NCBI GenBank assembly: GCA_963693365.1
Contig: CAVNZM010000009.1
Coordinates: 3,350,231-3,414,230 of the forward strand
Length of the DNA stretch: 64,000 nt
Reading direction: 5' to 3'
DNA from: Amoebidium appalachense
Lineage: Eukaryota > Protista > Ichthyosporea
The notes beneath the pieces are model-generated. The model was given only the letters and a program-made list of their open reading frames with translations, did no database searches and was not told the origin of the DNA. Of the stretch, positions 1-33,749 are shown in pieces; the first letter of the stretch is position 1, and every line of letters begins with the position of its first letter. The position numbers and the translations under genes are program-made.

Positions 1-388
1 AGGGGGGCGGGGGGAGGGGGAGAGGGGGGGGGGGGGGGGGGGGTATGTGTGGGTGTACGTCGACGTATATGTGTATGTGTGGGTCATGTTGGGTGTATGT
101 AGACGTGTCAAAACCAGTAAGGTGATAAAAGAAAATGTGAGAGGGTGAAGACTGCACCCCGATCGCAAAGACATGTTGAAAAGTGATGGCCATGCACTTG
201 CATGTGTCATGTGTATAGGTGGATTGATTAGGCTGTAAGTTTGTGTAGCAGTATGTGTACAGGATGTGTAGCTATGGCTTTGCGTTGGTGTGTGCGTGCA
301 CGTGCGTTGTCCTGTGTCTATGCAGAGTGCCTGTGCAAGTGTACGTGTCTGTGTGTTCGGGTGTACGTGTGTATGTGTGCATTGTGTG

Positions 389-510
<122 letters not shown>

Positions 511-682
511 CGTGTGTGTGAATTTCTGAACATGTATCTGTGTTATGGGTGTGTGCGCGTCTGTGCCTATACGCACGTGTATGTTTGTGTAATGTCTGCT
601 TGTGTGTATATATGTGTGTGTCTATGTGGGTGTATATGTCCATGTGAATTGCTGTATGTGTGTGCCCTTTTATCCACCCCAC

Positions 683-1042
683 CTCTGTACGTTCTGAAGT
701 CTCTCTTTGATTGCAGCCAGTCTACTCAGTGCCACGTCATCATCCTTGTGTGGTGTCATGTTGACTGCTATTCCTGGTTCACTGCGCTTGCTGTGATGGA
801 AAGGGAGAGGGGGTGGAGAGGGGTGGAGAGGGGGTGGGAGGGGGCAGGGAAGGGGGAGGGGGAGAAGGGGAGTGAGAGGGGCCAGGGGGGAGAGGGGGGA
901 GGGGGGATGGGAAGAGGGAAAGGAGGGGGTTAGAATGTGTTATAAAGTTGGAAATAAACATCTGTCACGGTCAACCTAATGCAGCAAAAAGAATGCAAAC
1001 CACACAAAAGTATTCATTATAAGCAGAGCCCTTCCTCCGAGG

Positions 1043-1073
<31 letters not shown>

Positions 1074-1179
1074 AGGGGGGGGGGGGGGGGGAGGAATAAG
1101 GGAGGGATGGGCTTGTTAGGGTTGGCATGAGAGGTGTGCTTGCTGCAATCGATATAACCGTTTCCACTGTGAAGTCTTA

Positions 1180-1247
<68 letters not shown>

Positions 1248-1405
1248 ACACGAAAAAAAAAAGAAAGAAAGAAAGAAAAAAAAAAAAAAAGAAAGACCGA
1301 AAGTAAGAAAAAAAAGCAAGAAATGACGCCCGCAGACACGCACGTAGGCACACAGACAGGCAGGAACGCGCACATGCACGTACACTACCCCCTCCCCCTC
1401 CCCCC

Positions 1406-1438
<33 letters not shown>

Positions 1439-1702
1439 GCGCCGCACACACATACACAGAACAGATTAGGTGAAGCCAGTCAGTCACGTTTACATGTTAA
1501 ATAGCAAAAAAAAAACAAAAACGTGTTCGTCATTGTTGAAAAGCGAAAAGAAGACTTTGGTTGTAGTGCACAGGACACAGCATAAAGAGGTGATTGTAAA
1601 CTATTAGTGCACTGGCACGACTTGTGCATGTGTGAGACATCACAAGTGCACATCTACAATATATTGCCTGGATGATGTTAACAGCAAAAAAAAAGGAAGA
1701 CT

Positions 1703-1739
<37 letters not shown>

Positions 1740-1801
1740 ACGTGCGTGCATGCGTGTGTGCGTGCGTGTGTGTGTGTTTATACAGTATGCATTTTTTTTT
1801 T

Positions 1802-1832
<31 letters not shown>

Positions 1833-2040
1833 CAGGTACTGTGTGCACATACGTCTTTGTGGTATCCAAGTCTTTTGCCCTTCGTGTCAATACGTGGGCT
1901 AGGGCAGCGGCCTGCATCAGTCCACACCCACGGCTGTGACGTCACAATGTCAGCAGACACAAAGCGTGCAGGAGGCAGGAAAAAGAGGGGTGACGGTGGA
2001 TGGGTCGTGAGGGCTTGTTAACAAGAGGGCTCGCAGGGGG

Positions 2041-2072
<32 letters not shown>

Positions 2073-2114
2073 ATATATTCGTGTGTATGTGGGCGGGCGG
2101 GCGGGGCGGGCGGG

Positions 2115-2146
<32 letters not shown>

Positions 2147-2307
2147 GGGGGGGAGGGGGAGGCGTTGATACTTGTGTGGTGTTATAAAGAAGAAAAAAAT
2201 GGAAGAAGAAACGGAAAAAGATTGGAAAATACAGCAAAGCCAGCAGAGTCTGCAGAGAACAAAACAAACAAAAAAAAAAAAAAAAAAAAAAAAGAAACTG
2301 GGGAGAT

Positions 2308-2352
<45 letters not shown>

Positions 2353-2504
2353 CGTGGTGGGGGGCTGCTTTCGTCTCTTCATTATTCCTCCCTCCCCCTC
2401 CCCCCCCCCCCCCCCCCCCCCCCCGGCCCCGCCCCCTCCCCCTCCCTTCTCCCCGCCCCCTTTTTTTTCCAGGGCCGGAGGGAGGGAGGGGGAGGGGAGG
2501 ATAC

Positions 2505-2600
<96 letters not shown>

Positions 2601-2988
2601 GGGGGAAGGGGGGGGGGGGGGGAGGGGGGGGGGGGGGGGGAAGGAATGTCACCTGCAATATTTGCTGTTTGGACCTACGGGCTTTTTGCACAGCTGCCAT
2701 GCACATTTTTTCTGGGAAAAAAAAACAAACAAACAAAAAAAAAAAAAACAGTTGTCAGCGAACTGAACTCATACCACCCACACATTATCATGATCGACTG
2801 AAAACAATAACCAGCTCGACCGAACGAAAAAGACACAACTTGGATGTATTAGATGTGATGGAATGGTGCCTCCAGATGGAAATAATAATATTGGTAGCAA
2901 TATAAATCATAGCGAAAAATCCCTTTTCCCACCTAGCTCGCTAACCAAAAACTCTGTTCCGATCGGCGTATGAAAAGGATGGATAAGG

Positions 2989-3040
<52 letters not shown>

Positions 3041-3496
3041 CAGGGGGGGGGGGGGGGGGGGGGGGGGGGGATGGGGTGGGGAGGGATTGGAGTGCATCGA
3101 GTTGCATAGAGGAGACGGTGGGCTGGGGTGTCCGTGTGTGTGTGTGTGTGTGTGTCTGCGCACAATGTGTGTGCGTACGATAAATATGTGTGTGTGTTTG
3201 GGGGGGAAGGGGGGGGGGGGGGGAGGGGGGGCAAAAGAGGGAACAGGAGAAGGGGGGGGGGGGGGGGGGGGGGAGGGGGGAGGGGGGGGGGGGGGGGGGG
3301 GGAGGGGGGGAGAAGGGCACAAACCGGCTTGAGAGTTGGAAAGTTGTAGTGCCTGTATCGATCTCTCACTGCAACATACACAGTAATTAGCAAGTGTTAG
3401 TGTAATTAATTAGCAGTAATTAGCAGGTGATATTCCCATGGGTATGTAGGGGAGTTGGGCTGGTGGATGATGGGGGATGTTTGGGGGGAGAGGGGG

Positions 3497-3531
<35 letters not shown>

Positions 3532-3743
3532 TTTTCCATTTCGCCTCTTTCTTTTTCCGGTCCTTCTTTATTTTTCAAATTTCTCTCCTGCTCTTTCTTT
3601 TTTTCCCCTCCTCGTGCAGCAAGTGTGCTAAAAAAAGGTTAAAGGCCTGCAACCCGCAAGAAAAAGTACAACACCGACTGTGTCAATAATAATAAAAAAC
3701 AAACGAGCCACAAAATGCGCTAACAAAAGCAACGAAGAAGCAC

Positions 3744-3842
<99 letters not shown>

Positions 3843-4211
3843 CCACACCCACCATTCACCCTTCCCCCCCGCCCCCCACCCACACCCCCACCCACACTCC
3901 TCCCTCCTACCCACCCTTGCCCTCCCCCCCACCCCGCCCCGCCGTCTCCCCTCCTCACCTCCACCCACACCTACACACACACCTATGCATTTTGGACAGA
4001 AGAACGCAGGCTCCTTATCAAGTTGCTCCGTTGTGAAAGTAGGTAACGGGTCTGCAGGGTTCTTGGTGTACTTTTGCAACACCTCATGTGCCCTGGGCCA
4101 CTGATTGAGGCACTCGGGGTGGTACCACTCTTTGCACTCCGTGCACTCCACCATGTACACACCGTCAACATAGCGCTGTGGAAACCGTTTATTTTTTTTA
4201 TTTATTTATTT

Positions 4212-4263
<52 letters not shown>

Positions 4264-4650
4264 GGGGGGGGGGAGGGAGGGGAATAGTGAAGGGAAAGTG
4301 AGGGCATATGGGTGTGTGGGAGGGGACGGGAGAGGCGGGGAGGGGGTGGGGGGGGGGGGTAGGGGGGAGGGGGGGAGGAGGGAGAGTGCAGAAGGTGAGT
4401 GAGAGGAGATGGTGCGGGGCAGGAGTAAACCGGAATCGGAAAACACCAAGAACGGGGGTGGGGGGGGGGGGAGGGGGAGGGGGGATAGGAGGGAAAAAGG
4501 GAGGAAATGTGCAGGGCCAAGATCAGTTGGGCACCGACAGGGGGGGGGGGGGGGGGGGGGGGGGAGGGGATGCGTGGCCAGCAGCTGGTGCACTTTGCAG
4601 TCACAGCTCCCGGCACGAAAAAGCTGTTAACATTTTTACGCTGGGGTACA

Positions 4651-4695
<45 letters not shown>

Positions 4696-5490
4696 AGAAA
4701 AGAGGAAGAAGATGATTTGAAGTTGCTGGCATGCAAAGAGGGCTAACGGGGGAAAGGGGGCGCGGGGGGAGGGGGAGGCCGTCACAGCAGAGAAAGAGAG
4801 GGGATCGGGGGATGAGTGGGTGGCGGGAAGGCGGGGGAGAGGGGGGGAGAGAGCGGTAGAGAGAGAGGAGAAGAGAAAGCGAGAGAGAGAGAGAAAGAGC
4901 CGATAGAGGGGGGCGGGGAGAGAGAGAGACAGAGAGAGAGGGGGGGGGGGGAGGGGGGAGGGGGAAGAGACAGAGGGAGAGAGGGAGGGAGGGGGGGAAA
5001 GAGAGAGAGAGAGAAGAGATAGAGGGAAGAGAGAGAGAGAGAGAGTAGCTCCCTCCCGCTCTTCCCTTACCCCCTTCTCCTCCCCCCTCCCCCTCCCACT
5101 TTCTCAAATCCCTCCTATCCCCCCTCTCTCCGCCTCGCCCGTTTCCACTCTCACACCCTCTCCCCAGCTTCCCAACTTCCCTAACACCTTCCAACCACCC
5201 ATCTAAACCCCCCCCCCCACACAGACACATAGACACACACTAACCCTCCTCCCGTAAACGACCACGAACATGCGTCCTACCTGCCTGCACACGCAGTAAA
5301 GTGTCTGATCCTGTGCCGCCACATATCCCTCCTCATCAAAAACCTCCTTGACCCCTCCCACGTCAATGACTTCCTCATCCTCCCCTCCCGGCGCCGGAGC
5401 TTGCTCGGTTTCTGCATCGGCTACTGTTTCCCTTTGGCCCACTATAGCAACTTCGAGCTTTTGCTCTGTTGGTTGATTGTCCTCCTCCAT
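683..5490 (-). CDS. SPP1: Spp1/CFP1(CXXC1)-like COMPASS subunit, PHD finger plus SKYCS zinc motif; 3' end probably outside the window
   Basis: Phase-consistent GT-AG exons 5490-5281, 4175-3983, 3368-3325, 2711-2653, 1933-1853, 790-683. They encode a PHD finger (LYCVCRQ..YMVECTECKEWYHPEC..FFCPKC), then KKCAWQLCKKPVGPNSKYCSRGCGLMQA, which resembles the CFP1/Spp1 C-x4-C..SKYCSxxCG motif, then a coiled coil. No CXXC domain seen. Confidence 0.8.
930..1040 (-). mobile_element. Diverged copy (variant B) of the poly-C-associated retroposon 3' end
   Basis: ttagaatgtgttataaagttggaaataaaca aligns without gaps to tttgaatgcgtcaaaaagtacgaagtacaca of the main family. It also shares gaatgcaa.c.a.ac.aa..gtat.cat.ataagcagagccc.tcctc. 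G-rich flanks on both sides. Confidence 0.65.
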
Positions 5491-6529
5491 GATGAAGACT
5501 ACGCTATATATATTGTGTTATAGATGTTTTTTCTAACGACAAGTCTTCGTATGAATCACGCTAGCGCTCTGAGCTAAACACTCAGCACTGGACCGTTTGA
5601 ACGTTCCAGCTTCATGAAATTTTAGCCTGGCTTTGCCACAAACCGTTCGGCACCGCGGAGAACTGAAACAGTAACCATTCTACAACCAATTGAAGGGATT
5701 AAAATATAGCCGAAAATAGTAAACTTCCTGCTGATTAGGTCATTGTCATGCAAGGCGGGAATACTCCCCGGCTCACCGGGTACCCCAACTTCCAAGGCTC
5801 CCCAAGGCCCGGAATTCTCCGCGGCCGGCCAGCCGTCACACATGTGTAGTGCGTGCACACGTACACACGCCTACACACGATAAACACACACAGCTGGAGC
5901 AAAATAGAGCCCGCCACCCCGCCACCCCCCCCCCCCCAAAAAAAAAAACAACAACAACAACAACTCAAATGCATGAACAGAATATAGCGTTGTGCATATC
6001 GTCGAAAATGCAGACTTCTTATTATATATAATTGATATAACGATGCGAAACCAGTACTGTGACAAGCATGCTTGGCTTAAGGTTCCTATCACAATATGAA
6101 ATTGTATGGATCCCGGTTTTTGTACAGGAAAAAATTGCTCCTTCGAATTCCGCGGATGTATTGATCGCGAAAGAATTGCATGGTTATCAATAGAGCAGAA
6201 TGTTCATATATCCCCCCCCCCCCCCCGTCCCCCCCCGTCCCCAGACACCCAACACATGTACACACACGCCTGTCCGATCGTCCACACAGTTCTCCCCTAT
6301 GGTACAACAAAACTGGAGCGATCGCAATGCAACATGAATAAACGGTATAGTGATTCGTGATATTTTATTGTCTACGAGGCTACTTTTTTCCCCCCCAAAG
6401 AATATTGGGGCGGTACACCTACGTAAAAGTACCCGTGGTGGTGCATGTTCTTTTTCGCCCTTCGATGTCGATCCTCCATATACTAGCTAGCTTGTAACAT
6501 AGTTTGCAACTTGTAGTGCACACACACGC

Positions 6530-6596
<67 letters not shown>

Positions 6597-6731
6597 TATC
6601 ATATAATATATATATATATAATATATAGCCATATCATGTCAGCGTGCATACATACACATGGTTGGATCAGGGTTCCATATTTGGGCTTTTCTACAATACA
6701 GTCATCGACTTTCATGCGCATGCTCACATCA

Positions 6732-6780
<49 letters not shown>

Positions 6781-6991
6781 AAAAAAGCAAAACAAAAAAA
6801 ACACCCAAGCAACCCCACCACCACCACCACCACCACCACCACCACCACCACCCACCATCACCACCACCACCACAAACGCACACCGAAAAGATCAGAAGCA
6901 AAACACATCCAGCCTTGAGAAAAACGAGCTCCCGAAAATTCTAAACATTCGATAATACTGGCAAATTTAACACATGCACGTTAGCGTCCGT

Positions 6992-27173
<20,182 letters not shown>

Positions 27174-27510
27174 GTTTTGTACTTAATTGATAACCTCGCC
27201 AGTAAACCCTAGCAGCTGGAGGTCTTGGCCTTTACCTATTCTAACCTATAAGTTCAAGTGGGGAAGGCTTTGTGGTGTGTGATCATATGGCGTAACTTAC
27301 TAACCCATGCATGACTCGGATATTGGATACCGTGACTGAGACCTTAGCCTCTCTCTCATCATTTACTGACGGGTTGTAGCATGATTTCCTTTTCTTCTTT
27401 ATCTCATGATCATTGCCAGCTTACATAACACAAACTTTCGAGTGCATGGCTATCGACGTCAGAAGGTACTCAGTCAGAAAAAAAAGAGCCTCCTCCGCGC
27501 GCCTTTCAAG

Positions 27511-27549
27511 CAAGGCCTCCTAAATAGGTGTGCTATTTAGGAGGCCTTG
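27511..27549. mobile_element. 39-bp palindromic micro-MITE with 8-bp TSD
   Basis: ctttcaag[caaggcctcctaaatag-gtgtg-ctatttaggaggccttg]ctttcaag: 17-bp perfect TIRs and an identical 8-bp flanking direct repeat. Confidence 0.85.
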
Positions 27550-27601
27550 CTTTCAAGCCGGCGACGGCCCCAGTGTTTTTTCAGAGTTGGCGCCAAAACT
27601 C

Positions 27602-27681
27602 AAATCCGACATCTGATTGGAGGTTGTATGTTCTGTAAGAAATCCGACATCTGACTGGAGGTTGTATATTCTCTCTGTAAG
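27602..27681. repeat. Tandem duplication of an approximately 38-bp unit
   Basis: aaatccgacatctgattggaggttgtatgttctgtaag followed by aaatccgacatctgactggaggttgtatattctctctgtaag. Confidence 0.9.
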
Positions 27682-29419
27682 AATCTGTCATCTAAGCCGG
27701 GTTTCGGAGGCGCCAAGCCCGCAGTGCACACGCGTTGGCGTCACCACAGCCTTATAGATCCGTATGGAATGTGCGGGCAGGATCCAACTGGACCAACGGT
27801 CACGTGTACGAGAACAAAGTTAATAGAACGACCCCTGGAATGAACGCAGGAATTAAAAACTTCGCAAGCTCTTTGATTAGTTTACGCACGTGAGCGCAAT
27901 GTGCTTATTGCTTTGTGTTCTATTTCCTAGTGTTATCGTCTTCTGAAAAAGTTACCGTGACGGCCGTGTGAGGCGGATCACAATATTGATTTTGGCATTC
28001 GGAGCTCACCAATTAAATGAGCTGCGTTGCATGCTATTTAAGTCTAGGGACCGGTCGTAAGGAGATGGCGAATCAACGCACCTCTTCATCTTGGCATGCG
28101 TAGTATTGGCAATGCGTATTACCCCTTGCTGCCTTGTGATAGATCAGATCCAAGAGCTCAAAACCGCGCGTAGAATCTATAACTCCACAGATAAATAAGT
28201 ATGTTGAAACAGGAAGCACCTTTACTCGTGACATAGCGCAAAAACAGATAAGGTTCTACTAACTTGCACGGTAGCCAATCAAAACCTATCGCGACTCGTG
28301 GTGTTTTGCCCCGGCGATGCCGACATCAGGCCTGTTCATTCCAGAACGGTAGCGCACGTGCACTTGGAATGTGAACTCGCCACACTTTGGTATTTTCATT
28401 GGTCGGAGGGTGACAGCTTTTAGAGCTCGAAAGAGTATCCCATTTTTGGGGTTTCCAAGACCTTTCCAACAACAGCGGAAGGGGGGGGGATCTATACATA
28501 TAGTAATGCATTGATATAGCTTTTTTATTACTCTTTAGCTCGATTGTTGGCTTGACGACGGCACCTAAATGGTGACATGATCTCATTCATTATAGGCTGA
28601 CGTTCACGGTGAAACATTACAAACCCTGGCGCTTCCGGCCCGTCCCCAGTGCAAAAAGTCACGCACACTTTTCGCCGGCGGCCCCATGATACAAAAGTGA
28701 GCGCTGCGCTCCCGGGCCACACTCTTTAGTATACTTTAGGGAAGAGACACCAAAACATGCGTGAGCTTGACAGGGTGTTTGAGCGTCCGAAACGGCAAAA
28801 AGGAAACACAAAAGGTTATGCTGTGAGCTTGATGCCACACTGCAGCAAAATTTTCATCAACCACTATACGAGCGAGACCGTTTCTCTAGTCTTGACGGAG
28901 GAATTTTTCTCGTTGTCAGGCTGGCCAGTCTGAGTGTCCCGTGTTTCGGAAGGCGCGCACAAGGTCTTCAGAAAGGTTCGAGACTCGAAGCAAAGGTCGA
29001 GACACATATAGTTACAACACTTTTCTCCCAAAAGCAGCCCTTCTTTCGAATCTATTTTATTGTAGTGTTAAACATCGTTAAGACTTATTAATTCGACTTT
29101 TAAGAGCCTACTGCTACGGGTGATCGATTCTGTCCGAACCGGGGCGGCGCAAGTAACCGGTTTGCACAAAGTAAACTCACAGGACTCAGGCAAGGAGTAA
29201 AGCTTCCGGCTGGTAAGGCCCTTGTGCGTGCTGATGTGTTGTTGCTTTCGATACCTCATGCCGCGATGTTTTTTGTTTCGTCTACTTTCCTTCCTCTCTT
29301 CCTCCCTTCAAGCCCCTCCCACGGGGTGTGGGGTTGTCAATAATGAACGTCCGAGAACTTAGCTTCCGAAGCCTGGCTGGCAGGCAGAGTTACTGTACTT
29401 GTGTAGGTCAAACTTAGTT

Positions 29420-32400
29420 ATGGCGACGTCGACGTCGCATTTGCCCATCGAGGCTCCTCCACCTGAGCCGGTACGGGGTTCCCTTTCTTTTTTTTTTTTT
29501 TTTTTTTTTTTTTTTGTTTAGATCTTGCTGATGATTAGTTCCTGCCTCACCTATAGAGTTGCTTCGTTTTGACTGCCTTTTGAAAGTTTTTTCACCTTTA
29601 AATTTTTTTTGGACGTTTTTCTATTTTTCTTCCTTTCCTCTTCCCTGTAGTCGATGAAGCCCAAAGGTTATAAACATTGTTCACAGCCGTTAGCTATGGC
29701 CGTATGGGGGTGGGGGCCGCCGACAAAGGCTCAAAATTCAATAAACCTTTGCCTTAAAGTACTTCCGTTTCGAGGCCGGTAACCAAACTAACCTAGCCAG
29801 CATCTCGGTTTTTTGGTGTTTGTATGGGTCAATCTGCCGTGCTTTCATGCAGTACTGCCTCCTGTGCACGACTTGCATTGCCTTCTCGTGTTTTTTTTTT
29901 TTTTTTGTTTTGTTTTTGTTTTTTTGAAATGAGGGAAATGAGGTGTTACTGTAACGTCCCCAGGTTTGTACCTGTCTGACGCAAACCTGCGCCTGCAAAA
30001 GGGACCTCCGAGTCGTGCTTAGAATCTTTAAAGTCTCAAAATCTTTTTGTCGTTTTATTTGCCTCCCGGTTGCTGCAGCCTGAAAATCCTTGGTAAAAAT
30101 CAGTTGCAATCTTTGTTTCTGGTCAGGGACTCTGAAATATTTTGTTGTGTTGCCCGTCGGGCATTGCCAATCGAGTTGTGGAAAGAATACAACCCTTTGT
30201 AGTCCGAAACATGTCCGCTCGGCGCTAACTTAGTTGGAACCATCTTGATAGCTTGGTTAATCATCTTGTTGATTAGTTGCTTGGTGGTCGGCCCCATTTC
30301 CTGAGTGTAAACGAGCCCTGTTTAGTGGCCGGTGCGTGCTCATTTTTTTTTGGTTTTGGCTAGAACTAGAAAGTTTCATTATGCTCGTTGGTATGTACGG
30401 CTGGCCATCTAGTCTCACCGAGAGACCCCGACGTCCCTTCTCCTGTGGTTTTTTCTTTTTGTTGTGGGCCTCAGTTTTCCGTTTTCTATTGACTCTCTTC
30501 TGAGTAGGCTATGTTTTCTTTCTTTTCTCGGAGTCCACCCCTCATCTCTCTGTTTCTCTTTATACACCTTTGTCTCTTATGCCCTTTCTCTTTCTCTCCC
30601 TCTCTCCCTCTCCGAGGCACCTCTTTCCCCTCACGGCCTCTTTCTCTCTCGCCTCCCTCCTCAGTCTCTTCTCTCCCCCCCTCCCCCCCCCCGCCCCCCC
30701 TCCCCTCCCCCCTACCCCTGAGGCTCCCCACCCTCTTGCCCTCCCCCTCTTTCCACCTGCCTCTCTCTCTCTCTCTCTCTTCACACACTCTCTCTCACTC
30801 CCCCCCCCTCTCTCCCCCCTCCATTCTGTCTTTTGATGTCTCCGTCATGATAGCCCCAACCCTCTATTCATACATCCGATGATATCACCCCTTCCCCCCC
30901 TCTACCTCCCTCGCCTCCTCTTCTCTCTCTCCCGCTCTCCTGACTCTTGTTTATTTATCAAACCATGTTTCTTCCCTTCTCGTTAACCTGCAACAGTTAC
31001 TAGTACGGCTACTGTGTTCGTGGTTCGATTGTGTGGCTATCGCAGACCCCGAGACTAATGTTCGTGATAACATGTCTCTGTCTCGCCTTTTACGCATGCT
31101 AATCTTTCAGTTTACCGTAACATCGTTTTTGAGGGGATTGCGAGTCACATGGTATTCATATGTGGTGCATCTCAGGTTTTCACCGGCCTTTTGTCTATTA
31201 GTAGCATACAGCCTGGGCCGACTGTGAAACTTGTCTGTCTTGTTCTTGCTTTTCTTTGGGTTAGTAAGGCCTGGAAATGCGGTGTTTGAGGGTTCCAAGT
31301 GTTGTCTTCCTTTCCTTGTATGCTTGTAATGAATGAAATGATTACAGTGTTTTCTTGGCGCTGGCTTAGAGTTTTGTGTTGCTGCATTGGAGGCCTAGAC
31401 CGTAGTCAGGCTCAATGGTTGCACCCATGAAGTTAGCTGTTGTTTGAGCATCGTGAATGAAGGTATTACTTGAAAGGCTCACGTTTTGGCGGGGTTCTGA
31501 GACCCTTTTGCTTCGAATTCCCGTGTGGTTTGGAATGATACGTGCTTCAGTTGTTTTTCCACTTAAACTCACCGTTTCCCAGACGACGTTTCTCCGACCT
31601 CCTTATTTGTGCTGAATTATAAATAGCCGCTAGTCGTTTTTTTTTTTTGGTTGTTTTTTTTTCTCCCTCTCTCTCTCTCTCCTTTTTCCCTCCCTCCTTC
31701 AGGGACAGGATGAACATCAATCGTAAATTACACGAAGTAATGGGTGGTATTTATTTTGCTGGGCATGTGGTACCCAAATAGAGGTTGTGATTTGGGTTTT
31801 GCTTCACTTCACCGAAGTGTGTAGTTCATCGTTTTGCTGTCCAGGCCTGCTTCCTTCGACCCACTAGTCTTCGTTCATAGTTTTTTTTTGCACTCACAAC
31901 AAAGTCCCGTTAAGGACAAAGGGTTCATTTTGAAATTTCACTATGTAATTGATCAAATTTCATATGTAGGATTATCGGCCCCCACTGAGTATCGGGAGTT
32001 AGGGAGTATGGGGGATTACGATCTGCCGTTATGCACATGCATGGTTCATCCCCGCACTCAATTTGATTGGTGTGGACATAACGGACCAATAGTCTTATAT
32101 ACCATATATGGTATGTAAGGAAATTTATTTTTGGACATTTATTCGTTAATTCGTCCGTTCTGTCTTTATTCTTTCCTTTTAATTTATTTGTTTATTTATT
32201 TTTTGTCTTATTTTTTTGTTTGTTTGTTTGTTGTTTGCACAACTTGCATTCTTTTGGTTTTTTGGTATAGCGGTTGTCATCGTGGCCCTTATGGGCCTCC
32301 CTGTGTTCGGAAAACTCTCATCCCTTTGTTAACTCGGTGTGGGCTTGAAGTTATGTGTTCGGAAAATAAAAGAACCATACTACAACAATATTTCTGGTGG

Positions 32401-32440
32401 TGTGTCCGATAATGTGCACGCTAGGTCTGAGAACATGTCC

Positions 32441-32485
<45 letters not shown>

Positions 32486-33171
32486 CGTTGGGTCGGGAAG
32501 GTCACCGGGGGGGGGGGGGATCCGGAGGGGATGAATAGCAAGATTATTAATGGTTCCGGATCTGTCAGTGAGCTTTTGCTTTGCTTCCTTTGCAATTGTT
32601 ATTTTCCCTCACTGTTTGCACACAAACACCACAGGGAGCTCCGTTCTAGGCTTCTTTTGTTGTCTTAGTACATGTTGCTCTTAGGACTATGCTCAAAGTA
32701 AGCGCAGATGAAAACTCAGGTGGTTTTCTCGATGGCCACGGTCTTTCTTTTTTTCCCCCTCCTCCCCTTCCTTTTTTCCTCTGCAGTTTTTTTTGTGAAT
32801 GGCTATTGTCGTTCACCAGTGGCAGCGTTTTTTTGCATGCAGGACGACGCCATGCAAACACATCCGGTAGTGTTTATGTGCTCCTGGTTAGATGTGCTAA
32901 CCACTAAACCTTCTCACTTTTTTTTCCTCCCGTCTTGGTCTATTCCTGATATGGAAATGGCAACGAAAGCGACGTCTTTCCATCCCTGTTCTCCCTGCTT
33001 ATGCCCTCTCAGACTCTCACCATACGTGTTTTCGAACCCTACAGGTCTTCCGGAGGTTATCCTATGGTTGCTTGCTGGACCAATGAAAAACGGATCGGCG
33101 GGTCGCGTTATGCGGATTCGGCCGTCGTCACACCTCAACAAATCCGGTTTTTGCTGGCCGAATATACTTAA
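29420..33171 (+). CDS. Predicted 10-exon gene, about 235-aa Cys/Trp-rich protein of unknown function
   Basis: GT-AG exons 29420-29470, 29651-29701, 30997-31059, 31111-31151, 31703-31746, 31970-32114, 32271-32399, 32685-32697, 32843-32886, 33045-33171 chain in phase with no internal stop (708 nt), most with pyrimidine-rich acceptors. No family recognised. A possible extra first exon lies at 27446-27465. Confidence 0.5.
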
Positions 33172-33173
33172 AT

Positions 33174-33749
33174 ATGTCCAACCAACCGAGTAGTTCGTCC
33201 ACGTCGGAGGACTCGGAGGCTGACGTGAGCCTCCTCGTGACGGAAAACACGAAACTGAAGAAGGAAAACCTTCTGCTGAAGCGCCGTGTGCAGATTCTCG
33301 AGCAAATACTTTCGAGCATTCCAAGCATTCCATACACCACCCGGCAGCAGCTACAGCAGCTCGAATCCATGCAACTCGACGAAAAGGGCGAAAGCGGTTC
33401 GACAGACGATTCCAACGGTTCCGGAGGAGCGGAGGGGGTCGATATCGTCTATGAAAGTTCGGATACGGCCGACGGCGACCAAAACGGAAACGGAGGAAAC
33501 GGGGCTTGTAAGGGAAACTACGCCCCGTCGGAGGCGAGCCAGAGCACCGAAATTTCAAAGAATTACGCAAAGATCTTCCGTGGTCCTGTGGAGGATGGGG
33601 AGATGGCGGGGGAGATTGGGATGGATGTTGATAGACGGTCGAGCGGGGATGAGGCCGAGACGCTGACCCCTATGGGGTCGTTATCGGAAACTACGGCGAC
33701 ATTTTCGCCTGACGGTGCGTCGAGCGAGTTTCCTCATAGGAAGGACTGA
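33174..33749 (+). CDS. Intronless 191-aa protein, N-terminal leucine-zipper-like coiled coil and acidic disordered tail
   Basis: Repeat-free ORF with coding-like composition; VSLLVTENTKLKKENLLLKRRVQILEQIL heptads; in-frame stop upstream at about 33084. Confidence 0.65.
   Translation: MSNQPSSSSTSEDSEADVSLLVTENTKLKKENLLLKRRVQILEQILSSIPSIPYTTRQQLQQLESMQLDEKGESGSTDDSNGSGGAEGVDIVYESSDTADGDQNGNGGNGACKGNYAPSEASQSTEISKNYAKIFRGPVEDGEMAGEIGMDVDRRSSGDEAETLTPMGSLSETTATFSPDGASSEFPHRKD

Noticed and set aside
27602-27681. CRISPR-like repeat array (also considered for 16101-16163 and 42961-43240)
   Set aside because: These are head-to-tail repeats without unique spacers, there are no cas genes, and the context is eukaryotic.
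29738-30297. Two adjacent minus-strand ORFs (123 and 65 aa) as a degenerate gene
   Set aside because: No recognisable motif; they span a T-run and lie within a predicted plus-strand intron.
32914-33570. 218-aa minus-strand ORF
   Set aside because: Antisense shadow of the plus-strand coding region.
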